DNA of 60,105 bases, filler included. It is 7 parts of 7 records of this genome, joined end to end, with 100 filler letters (N's around TTAATTAATTAA, not from the genome) between each part and the next. Parts side by side here need not be neighbours in the genome. Positions count along the whole stretch, not along the records: positions 1 to 14,573 come from SRR31156797_14631; 6 more parts are not named here. One strand, written 5' to 3'. The first letter of the stretch is position 1. Every line of letters begins with the position of its first letter. The notes under the pieces are model-generated. The model was given only the letters and a program-made list of their open reading frames with translations. It searched no databases and had not been told where the DNA came from. Below are positions 1 through 10,225 of the stretch, one piece after another. Both the position numbers and the translations under genes were made by a program.

Positions 1-533
1 ACGACCGCCTCACACACAGAAGAACACTTGGTGTCATTGCCGGCTTCCTTGGCGTATTTATCGTCAACTTCAATCAATCCTTATTGGATTTTCAGTTTAG
101 TTTAATGGGTGAAGGATCTGTTATGTTTGCAGCCTTTATCCTTGCGGCTGCCTCTATCTATGGAAAGAAAATTTCTCAGGGAATGGATGCGATGGTAATG
201 ACGGCATTGCAGCTAACAATCGGTGGCTTTGCACTACTGTTACTTGGTCTGCTGTTTGGTGGGCAGTCTGGAGATTTTGATATCGGTAGTGCTGTATTAT
301 TGGTTTATTTGGCGTGTTTATCATCAGCAGCATTTGCGCTTTGGAGCGCATTACTGAAATATAACCCAGTGAGCAGAATTACAATATTCAACTTCCTCGT
401 TCCAGTATTTGGTAGCGGTTTATCTGCTTTGTTCCTTGGTGAAACCATAATGGAATGGAAAAACATCATTGCGCTTGTTCTTGTATGCAGCGGGATTTAT
501 CTGGTTACGGTGAATAAGCGTAGTAAGGCATAA
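1..533 (+). CDS. EamA/DMT-family transporter, 5' truncated by the window edge
   Basis: Frame is open from position 3 (DRLTHRRTLGVIAGFLGVFIVNF...). Multiple hydrophobic helices and EamA-type C-terminus (LLKYNPVSRITIFNFLVPVFG...LFLGE). Confidence 0.88.
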   Translation, partial: DRLTHRRTLGVIAGFLGVFIVNFNQSLLDFQFSLMGEGSVMFAAFILAAASIYGKKISQGMDAMVMTALQLTIGGFALLLLGLLFGGQSGDFDIGSAVLLVYLACLSSAAFALWSALLKYNPVSRITIFNFLVPVFGSGLSALFLGETIMEWKNIIALVLVCSGIYLVTVNKRSKA

Positions 534-553
534 CTAGAACGCCCACCAGCCTG

Positions 554-2473
554 CTACTCAATTTTAGATGACTCATCGTTATCCACCCTTTGGGGCACAC
601 TGATAACAAAACAGGTGCCCTTGTGGAGTTCCGATTCCACTTTAATTGTCCCGTGTAACGTATTCGTGACCCACTGATGAACAAAATGCATCCCTAATCC
701 AGTATTGCCCTTCGCTCTGTTGCTAGTCACAAACGGGTCAAAAATATTGGACAGTATTTCGGGGTCAATACCCACACCATTGTCACACAGCGTTATTTCA
801 ACTCGCTGGCTGTCTATCTGTTTAGCCGTTAACGTCAACTTACCGCTATTTCGGTCTTTAAACGCATGTTGCAAACTATTGACCAATAAGTTCTGTATCA
901 CCTGAGACATGATTCCAGGCCGGCCAACCATCTCTATCGAGTCAATCTCTATATTGTACTCAACCAAAGAGGTTTTAAATTTAGGAACCAGTGTAACCAC
1001 AAGATCATTAATCACTTGCTCGAGTTGATAGCTCACGACTTCCTCACGCGCTCGGTCAATGGCAAGACGTTTAAAACTGCGAACCAGATCTGCCGCCTTC
1101 TTTTGACTTTGAGTGATTAAAGAGAGTCCCATTTCACTGTCTTCTAAATATTGCAGCAATGCGCTTTTCGTTAAACCCGTCTGAACAGCGTCAGCGAGCT
1201 GTTGCGTATCTTTACGCAACTTAGACGTCGCCATAATGGCAGAACCAATGGGCGTGTTAAGTTCATGCGCCACCCCTGCCACCATCATCCCTAAAGCAGA
1301 AAGTTTGCGAGACTCAACCAAATCATCTTGTAGCAATTGCTGCTGTTTCAACAGATTTTTAGTATGCTCAGCAGACTCTTCAATGACCATTTTGTCCCGC
1401 TCTTGCGTGCGATACATTGAAATGAGGTTTAACCTTAACGCTCGTTCACGTCTCAGAATGAACAGACCGAACAGCAGCACAATACCACCAAGAGAAACCG
1501 CTGGCAGAGCTGCACTCATTCGGAGCTTGTTCAAGATGCTGTTTGACGTTTTGCCAACATAACACAGTAATGGCGTATGTATGATGTCCGTTAACAAAAC
1601 ATCATTCGCCAAGCGGTGACATTGATAACTCACTAACCCCAGTGAGGAATAAAATAACGATTGTGAATCCTGTTTTGACATGCGGCTCCAAACATCAAGG
1701 TTTTGAATCGAGGCATTGTTGTCAGCCAGCTTGAGGTCTCTTCCCCACTCTAACTCGGGCTGAGTATGCTTAATCCAATAACCATGTTTATCCAGCATCA
1801 AAAGTTGAACGACTTCAGAATCAAACCCCTTAATAGTCGTCAAGAGTTGTCCCACATCGTAATTGAGGATAAGTAGCCCAGAATGCAGGCCGCTTGATGA
1901 GCCTGTTTTAATGGTTGCTCGGATGGTTGGACGATACGGGATTTCAATCTTTCCTTGTTCCACATTTAAATCAATATCAGATAAGAAAATCTGGCCATCT
2001 TCAGCACTCATTCCCTCTTGAACATAATATCGACTGCTTTTATCTTGCAGCTTTTCACTAGCTGTAACAATCGACGTTCCCTCAACCAAATCCAGACGAA
2101 CAATTTCAACCCCATCTGCATCAAGCCACCGAACCTGCATCAATGTATCGACACTTTCGGCAAAGGCGGAAAACAACCTTGTCAGAAGGTCGGTGTTAAC
2201 CTCTCTTTCTGTTGAAAGCGCATAATTAAAGGCAGGAGTGCGGTACAAAAGCTTAATCGTATGGCTGATATCACCAATCTTTTGTCCCCAGAAGAGCTGT
2301 GCTTGCGCCATCTTGCGTTGTTGCTCTATCGATATCGAATCGAGACGATTGTTGATATCATTTCGATAAACCAATCCCCCCAACAACAGGCTTACCACTA
2401 AACCGAGTGCCAATAACAAGATGATGTTTCGTTGTAACGATTGCTCTATCTTCTTTATTTTCATCCGCGACAA
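554..2473 (-). CDS. Membrane sensor histidine kinase with periplasmic Cache-like domain
   Basis: Two TM segments flank a periplasmic domain (DKSSRYY...SDIDLN). H-box AGVAHELNTPIG, N-box QNLLVNS, G1 DNGVGI, G2 GNTGLGM. Confidence 0.9.
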   Translation of the reverse strand: MSRMKIKKIEQSLQRNIILLLALGLVVSLLLGGLVYRNDINNRLDSISIEQQRKMAQAQLFWGQKIGDISHTIKLLYRTPAFNYALSTEREVNTDLLTRLFSAFAESVDTLMQVRWLDADGVEIVRLDLVEGTSIVTASEKLQDKSSRYYVQEGMSAEDGQIFLSDIDLNVEQGKIEIPYRPTIRATIKTGSSSGLHSGLLILNYDVGQLLTTIKGFDSEVVQLLMLDKHGYWIKHTQPELEWGRDLKLADNNASIQNLDVWSRMSKQDSQSLFYSSLGLVSYQCHRLANDVLLTDIIHTPLLCYVGKTSNSILNKLRMSAALPAVSLGGIVLLFGLFILRRERALRLNLISMYRTQERDKMVIEESAEHTKNLLKQQQLLQDDLVESRKLSALGMMVAGVAHELNTPIGSAIMATSKLRKDTQQLADAVQTGLTKSALLQYLEDSEMGLSLITQSQKKAADLVRSFKRLAIDRAREEVVSYQLEQVINDLVVTLVPKFKTSLVEYNIEIDSIEMVGRPGIMSQVIQNLLVNSLQHAFKDRNSGKLTLTAKQIDSQRVEITLCDNGVGIDPEILSNIFDPFVTSNRAKGNTGLGMHFVHQWVTNTLHGTIKVESELHKGTCFVISVPQRVDNDESSKIE

Positions 2474-4698
2474 ACATCTGCGTTATGCGCTAACCACTCA
2501 ACCAATTCATCAAGTGGCATGGGTTTCGCGTACAAATAGCCCTGCCCAACGTTACACCCTCGCGCCACTAAAGCATCGCGCTGGGTAGCCAGCTCGATGC
2601 CTTCTGCAACCACCGAGAAATCAAACAGTTCAGCCAAGCTCATCACCAAATCGACCACTTGCTGACTCGCGGCATCTTCATGTAGGTGAGTGACAAATGA
2701 AATGTCGATTTTAATCGTATCTACCGCTAACTGAGAGATATGGGATAAAGAGGAATAGCCAGTGCCAAAGTCATCAATACTGATTTTAAAACCTGCCGTA
2801 TGTAGCTGTTCTAGAATCGGCTTCACTTGAGAGTAAGACTCCATCGCCTGACTTTCGGTGATTTCTATTTCAATCAGGTTGGAGTTCACGTTTCGCTGTT
2901 TGACCAAATCGAGTAATAACTGAATATAATCAGGGTCGGTGAGGTCATTGACTGTAGCGTTGATCGATACTGGTAGGTTAAAGCCTTTCTCTTGTAACCG
3001 CCGAATGGCGTCAAACGTCAATTGAGCGGCTATAGCATCCAGTTTATTGATCAACCCACTACGTTCCGCGAGCGGTATAAAGATGTTGGGAGGAATCATG
3101 GTTTCTTGCTTTTTCCAACGCAGTAAGGCTTCCAGCCCAATCGCTTTGCCATTGATGAGATCGCACTTAGGTTGGAGCACAACATAAAACTCGTTGTTAT
3201 CAATCGCTGCTTTTAAATCACCCAATATTTGATAGTCACGAATCAAGTTCTCACGAAACTTAGGCTCGTAACTGACGATCTGTTTTCGATCTTCACGCGC
3301 AAAACATAATAAACTGCGTGCTATGTGCAGAATTTGTGGTGCAGGGTAACTTGCGAGTAAACTCAGCTCAATCCTAGCAAAGGTTAAAGTGCAGCGTACC
3401 AAGAAGCCGTTAATCTCATAGTTGGTGTTAGAAATTTCCTGCAAAGTTTCGTCAGGCAACTGGTACTCTTTATTGTAAAGTACCGCAAAACGGTCCGTAC
3501 CGACGCGAGTGACAATAGCAGAACGATCAAAAACCTTAACCAGGTGATTACACACTGATGCAATCAGGCTGGTTAACTCTTCTTGTTTAAACGAAATGGC
3601 ATGAGAATCATAATCGTCAAACTCAACGACGATCAGCTCTAACTGGCTAATTTCATCTCGATTCATCACTTCGAGTTCACGCAGCAACCAATTTCGGTTC
3701 TTTATACCTAAATCAGAATCTTGGTATGCCAATCTGGACAATTGATTAACCAGTGCTATTTGCATGAAGCCTGAACTGATGTTTTCACTGAACACTTGCA
3801 AAAGACGGATATGGTATTCACTAACGACCTGAAATGACTCCACCAACACTAAATACTCAGGACTCTCATCATTACCGGGAAAAAATAGCACAGAGTACTG
3901 CTCACTAAACACATGATTTTTGACTTCATGCGCTTCATCAATCAGTGCTTGAAACTTTTTAATCACCTCACTTTTGTCTTTGTCTTGCAAGCCAATTTTA
4001 TCCGTTCCTGAAATCGCGATAATTTCAGCACTTTCATTAGCCCCATCTTGATTAGACTGAATAACACACAGAAGCGGTTCTTTGTCCCCCCCCATCAGCA
4101 AACTGATTTCCCGAATCACAACTTGAAGAAAAGTTTCTGTATCGTACTTACTGGCAATTTTTCGCGATGAATCCACCACCATTTGCAAGCCAATCCTTGC
4201 CTGATCTAAGTCATACATGGATTTCCAAGAGCGTAAGTTAGCGGAGATGACGGCTTTTAAGATATCGTGATCGATATCTGACTTATTCCAGTACTCGTTA
4301 ATATCATATTGATACATCACATCTTGTCTTGGCGCGAAGCCAGGTTGACCAGTCAGCAATATAATACGAACTAATGAGTTACCTTGAACGTTACGAACCG
4401 TTTCAACCAAGCGTAGACCGGCATCATCCCGTTCCATCACGACATCAAGCAACACAATTGAAATATCAGGGTGCTGTGACAACACAACAGCCGCTTCAGC
4501 CGCTGAGTTAGCAGTCAGTATTTCAATGCTGCGTTTACTGACACTCAAACCTCTAAGACTATAAATCAAAGAGTTTTGATAATTCACATCGTCATCAACC
4601 GAAAGTATCTTCCACGTTTTTTTGTCTTCGCAGACGCTTTCAAACGGGGAGTCGACACTCAACGTTTCGTCTAGAAAAGTAAAGTTGCCATCTGACAT
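2461..4698 (-). CDS. Response regulator c-di-GMP phosphodiesterase: REC + DUF3369-like + degenerate GGDEF + EAL
   Basis: REC (ILSVDDD...LLDVVME...LLTGQPG). GGDEF motif is replaced by GTDRF. EAL motifs intact (EALL, EITE, DDFGTGYSS, KID, AEGIE). Overlaps the downstream kinase gene. Confidence 0.9.
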   Translation of the reverse strand: MSDGNFTFLDETLSVDSPFESVCEDKKTWKILSVDDDVNYQNSLIYSLRGLSVSKRSIEILTANSAAEAAVVLSQHPDISIVLLDVVMERDDAGLRLVETVRNVQGNSLVRIILLTGQPGFAPRQDVMYQYDINEYWNKSDIDHDILKAVISANLRSWKSMYDLDQARIGLQMVVDSSRKIASKYDTETFLQVVIREISLLMGGDKEPLLCVIQSNQDGANESAEIIAISGTDKIGLQDKDKSEVIKKFQALIDEAHEVKNHVFSEQYSVLFFPGNDESPEYLVLVESFQVVSEYHIRLLQVFSENISSGFMQIALVNQLSRLAYQDSDLGIKNRNWLLRELEVMNRDEISQLELIVVEFDDYDSHAISFKQEELTSLIASVCNHLVKVFDRSAIVTRVGTDRFAVLYNKEYQLPDETLQEISNTNYEINGFLVRCTLTFARIELSLLASYPAPQILHIARSLLCFAREDRKQIVSYEPKFRENLIRDYQILGDLKAAIDNNEFYVVLQPKCDLINGKAIGLEALLRWKKQETMIPPNIFIPLAERSGLINKLDAIAAQLTFDAIRRLQEKGFNLPVSINATVNDLTDPDYIQLLLDLVKQRNVNSNLIEIEITESQAMESYSQVKPILEQLHTAGFKISIDDFGTGYSSLSHISQLAVDTIKIDISFVTHLHEDAASQQVVDLVMSLAELFDFSVVAEGIELATQRDALVARGCNVGQGYLYAKPMPLDELVEWLAHNADVCRG

Positions 4699-4855
4699 AA
4701 GTTAATACCTTTTTTATAATGCGCTATACGGTATTGTTTTACTTTAGGTCTAGACGCAATACTTATGGTCTTCAATATAGAAGATCATCTTATGTGTCGT
4801 ATGTCATATTCGGCGCTGCAACAGCAATGCAACAAATTGATCTGAACACAGATCT

Positions 4856-5800
4856 TTATAGGGAGAAAAACTGCATAAATTGGCAGTATGCGGCTGTTTC
4901 TCGGGTAAGATCACCGCGATAGAAATGAATTAAACTGCCTGGCCTTGCTTGGGCGAGCTTCATTAGGCTCAACTTTGATACACAACCAATTTTAGGGTAG
5001 CCACCAAGTGTCTGCCGGTCATTTAGCAATACGATGGGTTGTCCATTCGCTGGTATCTGAATCGCGCCATAAGCGATGCCTTCAGAAATGATTCCACTTA
5101 GCCCGCTTTGCACTGCGTTACCTTGCAGACGAATGCCCATCCGGTCCGACTTATCCGTTATTTGATAGGGCTTAGAATAAAAGGCGCACTTAGCTTGACG
5201 ACTAAATTGTTCAGCCTGGTAAGATTCAATCACTGAGAGACTGATTTCATTGGGGTATTCAGGAATAAAATATCTTGGTACCCATTGGTCTTTAGCATTG
5301 TTTTTTATTAAAGGCTGAGCTTGCGTTGTGATAGGAAGCAGATCGCCTTTTTGTAGCGAACGTCCTTGATACTCATTAAGCCCGCCAAGGCTATTGCGCA
5401 TTACTGTTGCACAACTACCAAACACTTTGGGTGTATTAAAACCACCCGCCACCGCTAAATAAGTTCGTAACCCCGAAGTTGCATAGCCCAGTTTTAATGT
5501 CTGCCCTTTGGCTAAAAGAAAACTGCGCCATGTCGACACAGGTTTTCCATCAATGGTGGACGCTGTTTCTGCGCCAGTGAGTGATAGCTGCATATCGTCA
5601 AGTGCGGTAAAGGTGGCATTACCCATGGTAATTTCCAACACTGAACTTTGGTTATTGTTGCCTAATAATTTATTCGCCCAACAATGGGCATGCATGTCGG
5701 CAGGCCCTCCAGCACTTAGGCCATGCTGAGCAACACCAAACCGCCCTAAGTCTTGAATCAACGTGAGCATTCCTGGCGACACAACTTGTAACCCGCTCAT
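4856..5800 (-). CDS. pxpC: 5-oxoprolinase subunit C (allophanate hydrolase subunit 2 family)
   Basis: IQDLGRFG, GLRTYLAVAGG, SDRMGIRL, GAIQIPANGQPIVLLNDRQTLGGYPKIG. ATGA overlap with pxpB. Confidence 0.9.
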   Translation of the reverse strand: MSGLQVVSPGMLTLIQDLGRFGVAQHGLSAGGPADMHAHCWANKLLGNNNQSSVLEITMGNATFTALDDMQLSLTGAETASTIDGKPVSTWRSFLLAKGQTLKLGYATSGLRTYLAVAGGFNTPKVFGSCATVMRNSLGGLNEYQGRSLQKGDLLPITTQAQPLIKNNAKDQWVPRYFIPEYPNEISLSVIESYQAEQFSRQAKCAFYSKPYQITDKSDRMGIRLQGNAVQSGLSGIISEGIAYGAIQIPANGQPIVLLNDRQTLGGYPKIGCVSKLSLMKLAQARPGSLIHFYRGDLTRETAAYCQFMQFFSL

Positions 5801-6486
5801 AGTGCGCCCCCTAACTCAATGAAGCGTTGACGAGAAATGGGCTCAAAACGAACTTTATCACCGACTGAAAATGGCATCATGGGTTCACGCGTTACATCAA
5901 ACAAGTCTAAAGGGCAGTTACCAATAATTTGCCATCCGCCGGGGGTTTGCTGTGGGTATATCGCCGTTTGCGAATCTGCAATGCCAACACTGCCTTTAGC
6001 AACTCTCAGCCTGGGTTCGGCATGACGTGGAGTCGCAATTCTAGAATCAACCGAACCGAGAAAAGCGAAACCAGGAGCAAATCCAATCGCACAGACGGTA
6101 TATTCTGTTTGAGAGTGGATGGCGATGACCTGTTCCACGGTAAGATTTCGGTCTTTTGCCAACCGTTGCAAATCGGGAGCCACATCAGGGTGATAATAAA
6201 CAGGGAAAGTGGTCATAGTCGTCTCTGCTAACACGGTATTAGAGCTAGCGATACTTAATGCCTGCCGGCGGCACCACTGAAGTATTTCTTCCGCTTCAAC
6301 GTGAAGTGGATGATATTCAATCATTACAGTGGTGTAGGATGGCACAACATCGTAGAGTTTTCCCTGATATCGCTCTTGAACCGCGCGGCTAAACAAGGCT
6401 ATATTTTCAATTAACCCCACATCAATAGATTGACCAAAACAGACCATGATGCCCGTTTCAGAAACTGGTGTCACTTCAACGTTCAT
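5797..6486 (-). CDS. pxpB: 5-oxoprolinase subunit B (KipI / allophanate hydrolase subunit 1 family)
   Basis: VPSYTT, PDL, IGFAPGFAFLG, PRLRVAKGSVGIA, YPQQTPGGWQIIG. Confidence 0.92.
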   Translation of the reverse strand: MNVEVTPVSETGIMVCFGQSIDVGLIENIALFSRAVQERYQGKLYDVVPSYTTVMIEYHPLHVEAEEILQWCRRQALSIASSNTVLAETTMTTFPVYYHPDVAPDLQRLAKDRNLTVEQVIAIHSQTEYTVCAIGFAPGFAFLGSVDSRIATPRHAEPRLRVAKGSVGIADSQTAIYPQQTPGGWQIIGNCPLDLFDVTREPMMPFSVGDKVRFEPISRQRFIELGGAL

Positions 6487-6560
6487 CGCTTAGCAACTCT
6501 AGCGACTATTGGAGTGCTACCTAAGCATTTACACTCAATATAAACCTTAGCTAACATCAT
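6483..6560 (-). CDS. Possible 25-aa small ORF (MMLAKVYIECKCLGSTPIVARVAKR) coupled to pxpB
   Basis: Purine-rich AGGGAAGG followed by GTG ATG ATG. Its TGA overlaps the pxpB ATG (ATGA). No homology evidence. Confidence 0.3.
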   Translation of the reverse strand: MMLAKVYIECKCLGSTPIVARVAKR

Positions 6561-6732
6561 CACCTTCCCTGTAACTGTTCGTTTTCACGCGCATTTTGCA
6601 ATCGTCCTGATTCCGCTGTACATAAAATCGTAATCACTTTCTATTTGTTGTCAATTTGTTTATCTACCGTTATTGTGGAGTATTCTACGTTGTGGTTCAT
6701 CCACTCTTCATTCTGCTTAATGGATTATTAAG

Positions 6733-7632
6733 ATGCAGATTCAGGCAAAACACTATTTGATGCTTCTCCTACTCGCGATGGTATGGGGAAGCTCATTTCC
6801 TTTCTTAAAAATAGTGATTGAAAACTATTCCCCCATTGCAACCATTGCTCTGCGTCTCACGATATCCGCTGTGGCCATGACCGCCTTTATTTATGCTATT
6901 GGATTACGTATTCCTACTGATTTAAAGGTTTGGCGACACTACTGTGTTGTTGCTGTGGTGGGAAATATCATCCCTTTCTTTTTGATCACTTGGGGGGAGC
7001 AATACATTAATGCGGCTCTGGCTTCGGTGCTGATGGGACTCGTGCCGCTCGCAACATTAATTTCAGCGCATTATCTGACCGATGACGAAAAGATGTCGCT
7101 AACCAAGTTATTAGGTGTTGTTCTTGGGGGCGGTGGTGTCGTGGTATTGATCGGAGTAGATGCACTCCAAGACTTTGGCGCGCACATTTGGGCACAATTT
7201 GCTGTAGTGGTAGCCGCTTGTTGTTATGGGGTCTCTTCCGTTTATGTTCGAAGAAGTAAAATCACGGTACATAACCCACTATCAAACGCCGCAGGAATCT
7301 TGATTTGTTCGTCGGTGATTTCGCTGCCGATTGCCTTGATTGTTGATACCCCAAGTCAATGGACCTTCAATATCCGCTCATTATCAGCGCTAATGATTCT
7401 CGCCTTAGTATGTACCTGCTTTGCGTATTTTCTGCTGTATAACTTATTAGCCCAAGTTGGAGCCACCTTCACTTCGTTTAACAACTACCTTGTTCCGGTA
7501 TTTGGTATGATCATCAGTGTCGTTTTACTGGGAGATTCAATCAACCCTTCCACTTATACCGCTCTAACCCTGATTTTTATTGGCCTAGTGTTATCGCAAA
7601 AGAAGCCTAAGCCACGAAAAGTGAGCGCTTAA
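6733..7632 (+). CDS. EamA/DMT-family transporter
   Basis: About 10 TM helices, WGSSFPF...R motif, two EamA repeats. Confidence 0.92.
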   Translation: MQIQAKHYLMLLLLAMVWGSSFPFLKIVIENYSPIATIALRLTISAVAMTAFIYAIGLRIPTDLKVWRHYCVVAVVGNIIPFFLITWGEQYINAALASVLMGLVPLATLISAHYLTDDEKMSLTKLLGVVLGGGGVVVLIGVDALQDFGAHIWAQFAVVVAACCYGVSSVYVRRSKITVHNPLSNAAGILICSSVISLPIALIVDTPSQWTFNIRSLSALMILALVCTCFAYFLLYNLLAQVGATFTSFNNYLVPVFGMIISVVLLGDSINPSTYTALTLIFIGLVLSQKKPKPRKVSA

Positions 7633-7642
7633 TTGACTCAAT

Positions 7643-7683
7643 AAAAAGCCCAACATCGGTTGCTACGCCGAAGTTGGGCATTA
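7643..7683. terminator. Intrinsic terminator between convergent genes
   Basis: AAAAA GCCCAAC ATCGG ttgctacg CCGAA GTTGGGC ATT hairpin between two stop codons. Confidence 0.7.
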
Positions 7684-7694
7684 TTCTTCCATCA

Positions 7695-8651
7695 TTATGC
7701 AGCGACGGTTGTCTGATTCCTTCCCTGCTCTTTTGACACGTACAATGCTTTATCTGCGCTTTCTAACCATTCTGAATGGGTACGATATTTTTTATCAAAA
7801 GCACAAACCCCAAGGCTTATTGTGTATTGAATTTTTCCCGCGTCAGTATCCACAATTTGGGACTCTATTCTCTTACGCAATCTTTCAGCAAAATAGCGCG
7901 CTTGATCAACCGTAGTATTTGGCAGTAAAACAGTGAACTCTTCTCCACCATATCGGCCGCAATGGTCTGTCGCTCTTGCTGTCTTTTTTAATATTTCAGA
8001 AGTTTTACGAATAACGTCATCACCCGCGGCGTGGCCATAGGTATCATTGACCTTTTTGAAATGGTCGATATCAAAAATAACGAGTGAAGCTTGCCCCTCG
8101 GTCGTCAGCATCTTGTCATGCTTATCAATCAGCAAAGTTTCCCAATAAGCCCGATTAAGTAACTGAGTCAGACCGTCCATCTTACTGATCATCGAAAGGT
8201 GTTGGTTTGATTGCTCGAGATAGAGTTTATTTTTAGCAATGTCAGACACATCTTGAATCATAATGCATACATGAGATACATCACCATTTAATGACTTGAG
8301 CGGAGTAACCACCATATTCTGATACATAACCGCCAGTTCATTCTCATAAGGTGAGTAGTTCTTAAACTGAAACACGTAAGATCTGTCTTCCCAACGTGAA
8401 AAGGTACGAGTATCTAACTTGACCGCAGCATTAATTTTCTCTTTTAACCAATGCTCTGGGAGGTTTTCGACAATTTCAAACAGGTTGCGCTGCATTATGC
8501 TATGCGCACTCACACCGGAATAGTTTTGCATAAAACTATTCCATAAACAGACGTTGTAATTAATGTCTAGAACGACTAAACCAACATCAATGGTATCCAG
8601 AGCTTGAATGCCCCAGTGAAAGTCACGTACGTCTACAGTTAAATCCGGCAT
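7695..8651 (-). CDS. PAS-GGDEF diguanylate cyclase
   Basis: N-terminal PAS-like segment (VGLVVLD...WNSFM), DGLT, DIDHFKKVND.YGH..GD, intact GGEEF. ATG at 8651 overlaps the upstream TGA. Confidence 0.92.
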   Translation of the reverse strand: MPDLTVDVRDFHWGIQALDTIDVGLVVLDINYNVCLWNSFMQNYSGVSAHSIMQRNLFEIVENLPEHWLKEKINAAVKLDTRTFSRWEDRSYVFQFKNYSPYENELAVMYQNMVVTPLKSLNGDVSHVCIMIQDVSDIAKNKLYLEQSNQHLSMISKMDGLTQLLNRAYWETLLIDKHDKMLTTEGQASLVIFDIDHFKKVNDTYGHAAGDDVIRKTSEILKKTARATDHCGRYGGEEFTVLLPNTTVDQARYFAERLRKRIESQIVDTDAGKIQYTISLGVCAFDKKYRTHSEWLESADKALYVSKEQGRNQTTVAA

Positions 8652-9604
8652 CAAAATGAGTCCATCATTTTATAAATTACTTTTACAGATTCCATATCAA
8701 TGAGCAGTAAGATGTCACACTGAAAATCCAAATTCTCAGCGGAATACGAAAACTCAACGGTAAAAGCAGGTTGTGTTATCTGTTGCTGTGATAAAAGTTC
8801 TTTTTCGTAGCTGTTGATTAATACAGGCTGACGCAATGTAAAACTTACTGTAATCAGATCCGCCAATGCCCGCAAGTAGGTGGATACCAATAAGTTCGAA
8901 ATGTTGAGTAACGCTTCATTACTGGTGGTATCTTTCGATGGATACCCTAACCTCTCGCCGACTTTTTCATATTCCTTGCCATGAATCGCGACTAATGATT
9001 CACCATGAATGCCAGATCCAGTAAAGCGCTGGGTTACAGCATTCACGCTATCTCGATAGAGCACATCATGCACTGTCATTTTGATATCAGAGGCTTCCAG
9101 AGTGCCCACCGTCGGTAATGGCATATTAATAAAATCACCCACACTATCTGAAATAACCGCCGCACACTTACCTAAAGCAATGTTGGTCAACTCGCGAAAT
9201 TTTGAATCAGGATCGATTGCAGGTTCTGAACAAGTCACTGGTTGAGCTTTGACTGAAAAGCCGGCCATCGCAGATTCGATCTGTTCCGGCTTAAACGGTT
9301 TCTCAATAAAGTCTTCAGCACCAAGCATTCGACAACGTTGTTTCGCTTGCTGTTGAACATCGCCAGAAACAATGACAATCCTCGTTGGATACTTGTTTAC
9401 AGGTAGAGCACTTAAAACATCGTAGCCATCCATCACCGGCATGGTCAGATCTAAGAAGAACAAATCAATATTTTCTCGTGCTAAAACTTCTAATGCTTGT
9501 TTTCCATTCTCAGCGAACACAAGGTCTACATCATACTGACTACCGATCTCGCGGCTTAAGGATTTTCTTGCTAGCGCAGAGTCATCGCAAATAAGAACTT
9601 TCAT
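8651..9604 (-). CDS. Response regulator: CheY-like REC fused to CheC-like domain
   Basis: Likely start MKVLICDDS at 9604 (the track extends it to 9676). FLDLTMP phospho-site; C-terminal CheC-like ELTNIALG motif. Confidence 0.85.
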   Translation of the reverse strand: MKVLICDDSALARKSLSREIGSQYDVDLVFAENGKQALEVLARENIDLFFLDLTMPVMDGYDVLSALPVNKYPTRIVIVSGDVQQQAKQRCRMLGAEDFIEKPFKPEQIESAMAGFSVKAQPVTCSEPAIDPDSKFRELTNIALGKCAAVISDSVGDFINMPLPTVGTLEASDIKMTVHDVLYRDSVNAVTQRFTGSGIHGESLVAIHGKEYEKVGERLGYPSKDTTSNEALLNISNLLVSTYLRALADLITVSFTLRQPVLINSYEKELLSQQQITQPAFTVEFSYSAENLDFQCDILLLIDMESVKVIYKMMDSF

Positions 9605-9815
9605 TGTTAAGTCAATTAATTCAATAATATGGAGTGATAAAAAACTAGAATACTCAATTAATGAATAGCTTAACAACAGTAGATGTCATTAATTTTAACA
9701 ACTTGAATAACAAAAATATAAATTACACGGGAGTTAACCCATTAAAATATCAGCAGTTATTATTGGCTGAACTTATTCAGCAAAATGTATATAACTCATA
9801 ATTAAAACAAGGGAT

Positions 9816-9831
9816 TTCTCAATATTGAGAA
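9816..9831. promoter_or_regulatory. Perfect 16-bp palindrome TTCTCAATATTGAGAA, candidate operator (TCTCA-N4-TGAGA, VpsR-box-like)
   Basis: Palindrome seen directly, about 210 bp upstream of the REC-CheC/DGC operon. Assignment to VpsR/CpsR rests on recalled consensus only. Confidence 0.4.
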
Positions 9832-9898
9832 TATATCAATCATTGTTAACTGGAAATGTTTTAAATGCCGTTAAGTGATGGGCTTGCTAGCGGACAGA

Positions 9899-10225
9899 TT
9901 ACAACTTGCAGAGGATTTCTATATCTTCATCGGAGATTTCTTCTCCTTCATTAAACATGAAGCCGCACATATAGCCATCTTCTCGCTCATTTCGCCACAC
10001 GATTTTTCCTTTCAATGACTCACCCAACTCATTGACTCGTACCGTAGTCGCAGAAAGTTTTAGGTAGTCACGACTAAAGACTTTCATACCGTGCTTTGAA
10101 ACATCGACGATTTGGATATTAACAACCGGTTTAAACCAACGATTAAACAAACAAGATGCAGAAACTCTGGGGTCAAGTTCGATACGAATAGATTGACGTC
10201 GATTATTCATTTGAAATGCGGACAC
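9899..10225 (-). CDS. Stand-alone PilZ-domain protein (c-di-GMP receptor)
   Basis: RxxxR (RQSIR) and DxSxxG (DVSKHG) motifs, then GKIVW...CGFMF. Confidence 0.85.
   Translation of the reverse strand: MSAFQMNNRRQSIRIELDPRVSASCLFNRWFKPVVNIQIVDVSKHGMKVFSRDYLKLSATTVRVNELGESLKGKIVWRNEREDGYMCGFMFNEGEEISDEDIEILCKL

Noticed and set aside
9605..9676. N-terminal extension of the REC-CheC ORF, and similar extensions at 13090, 28011, 31655 and 44043
   Set aside because: Downstream ATGs fit domain starts or have better RBS spacing. The extensions are longest-ORF artefacts.
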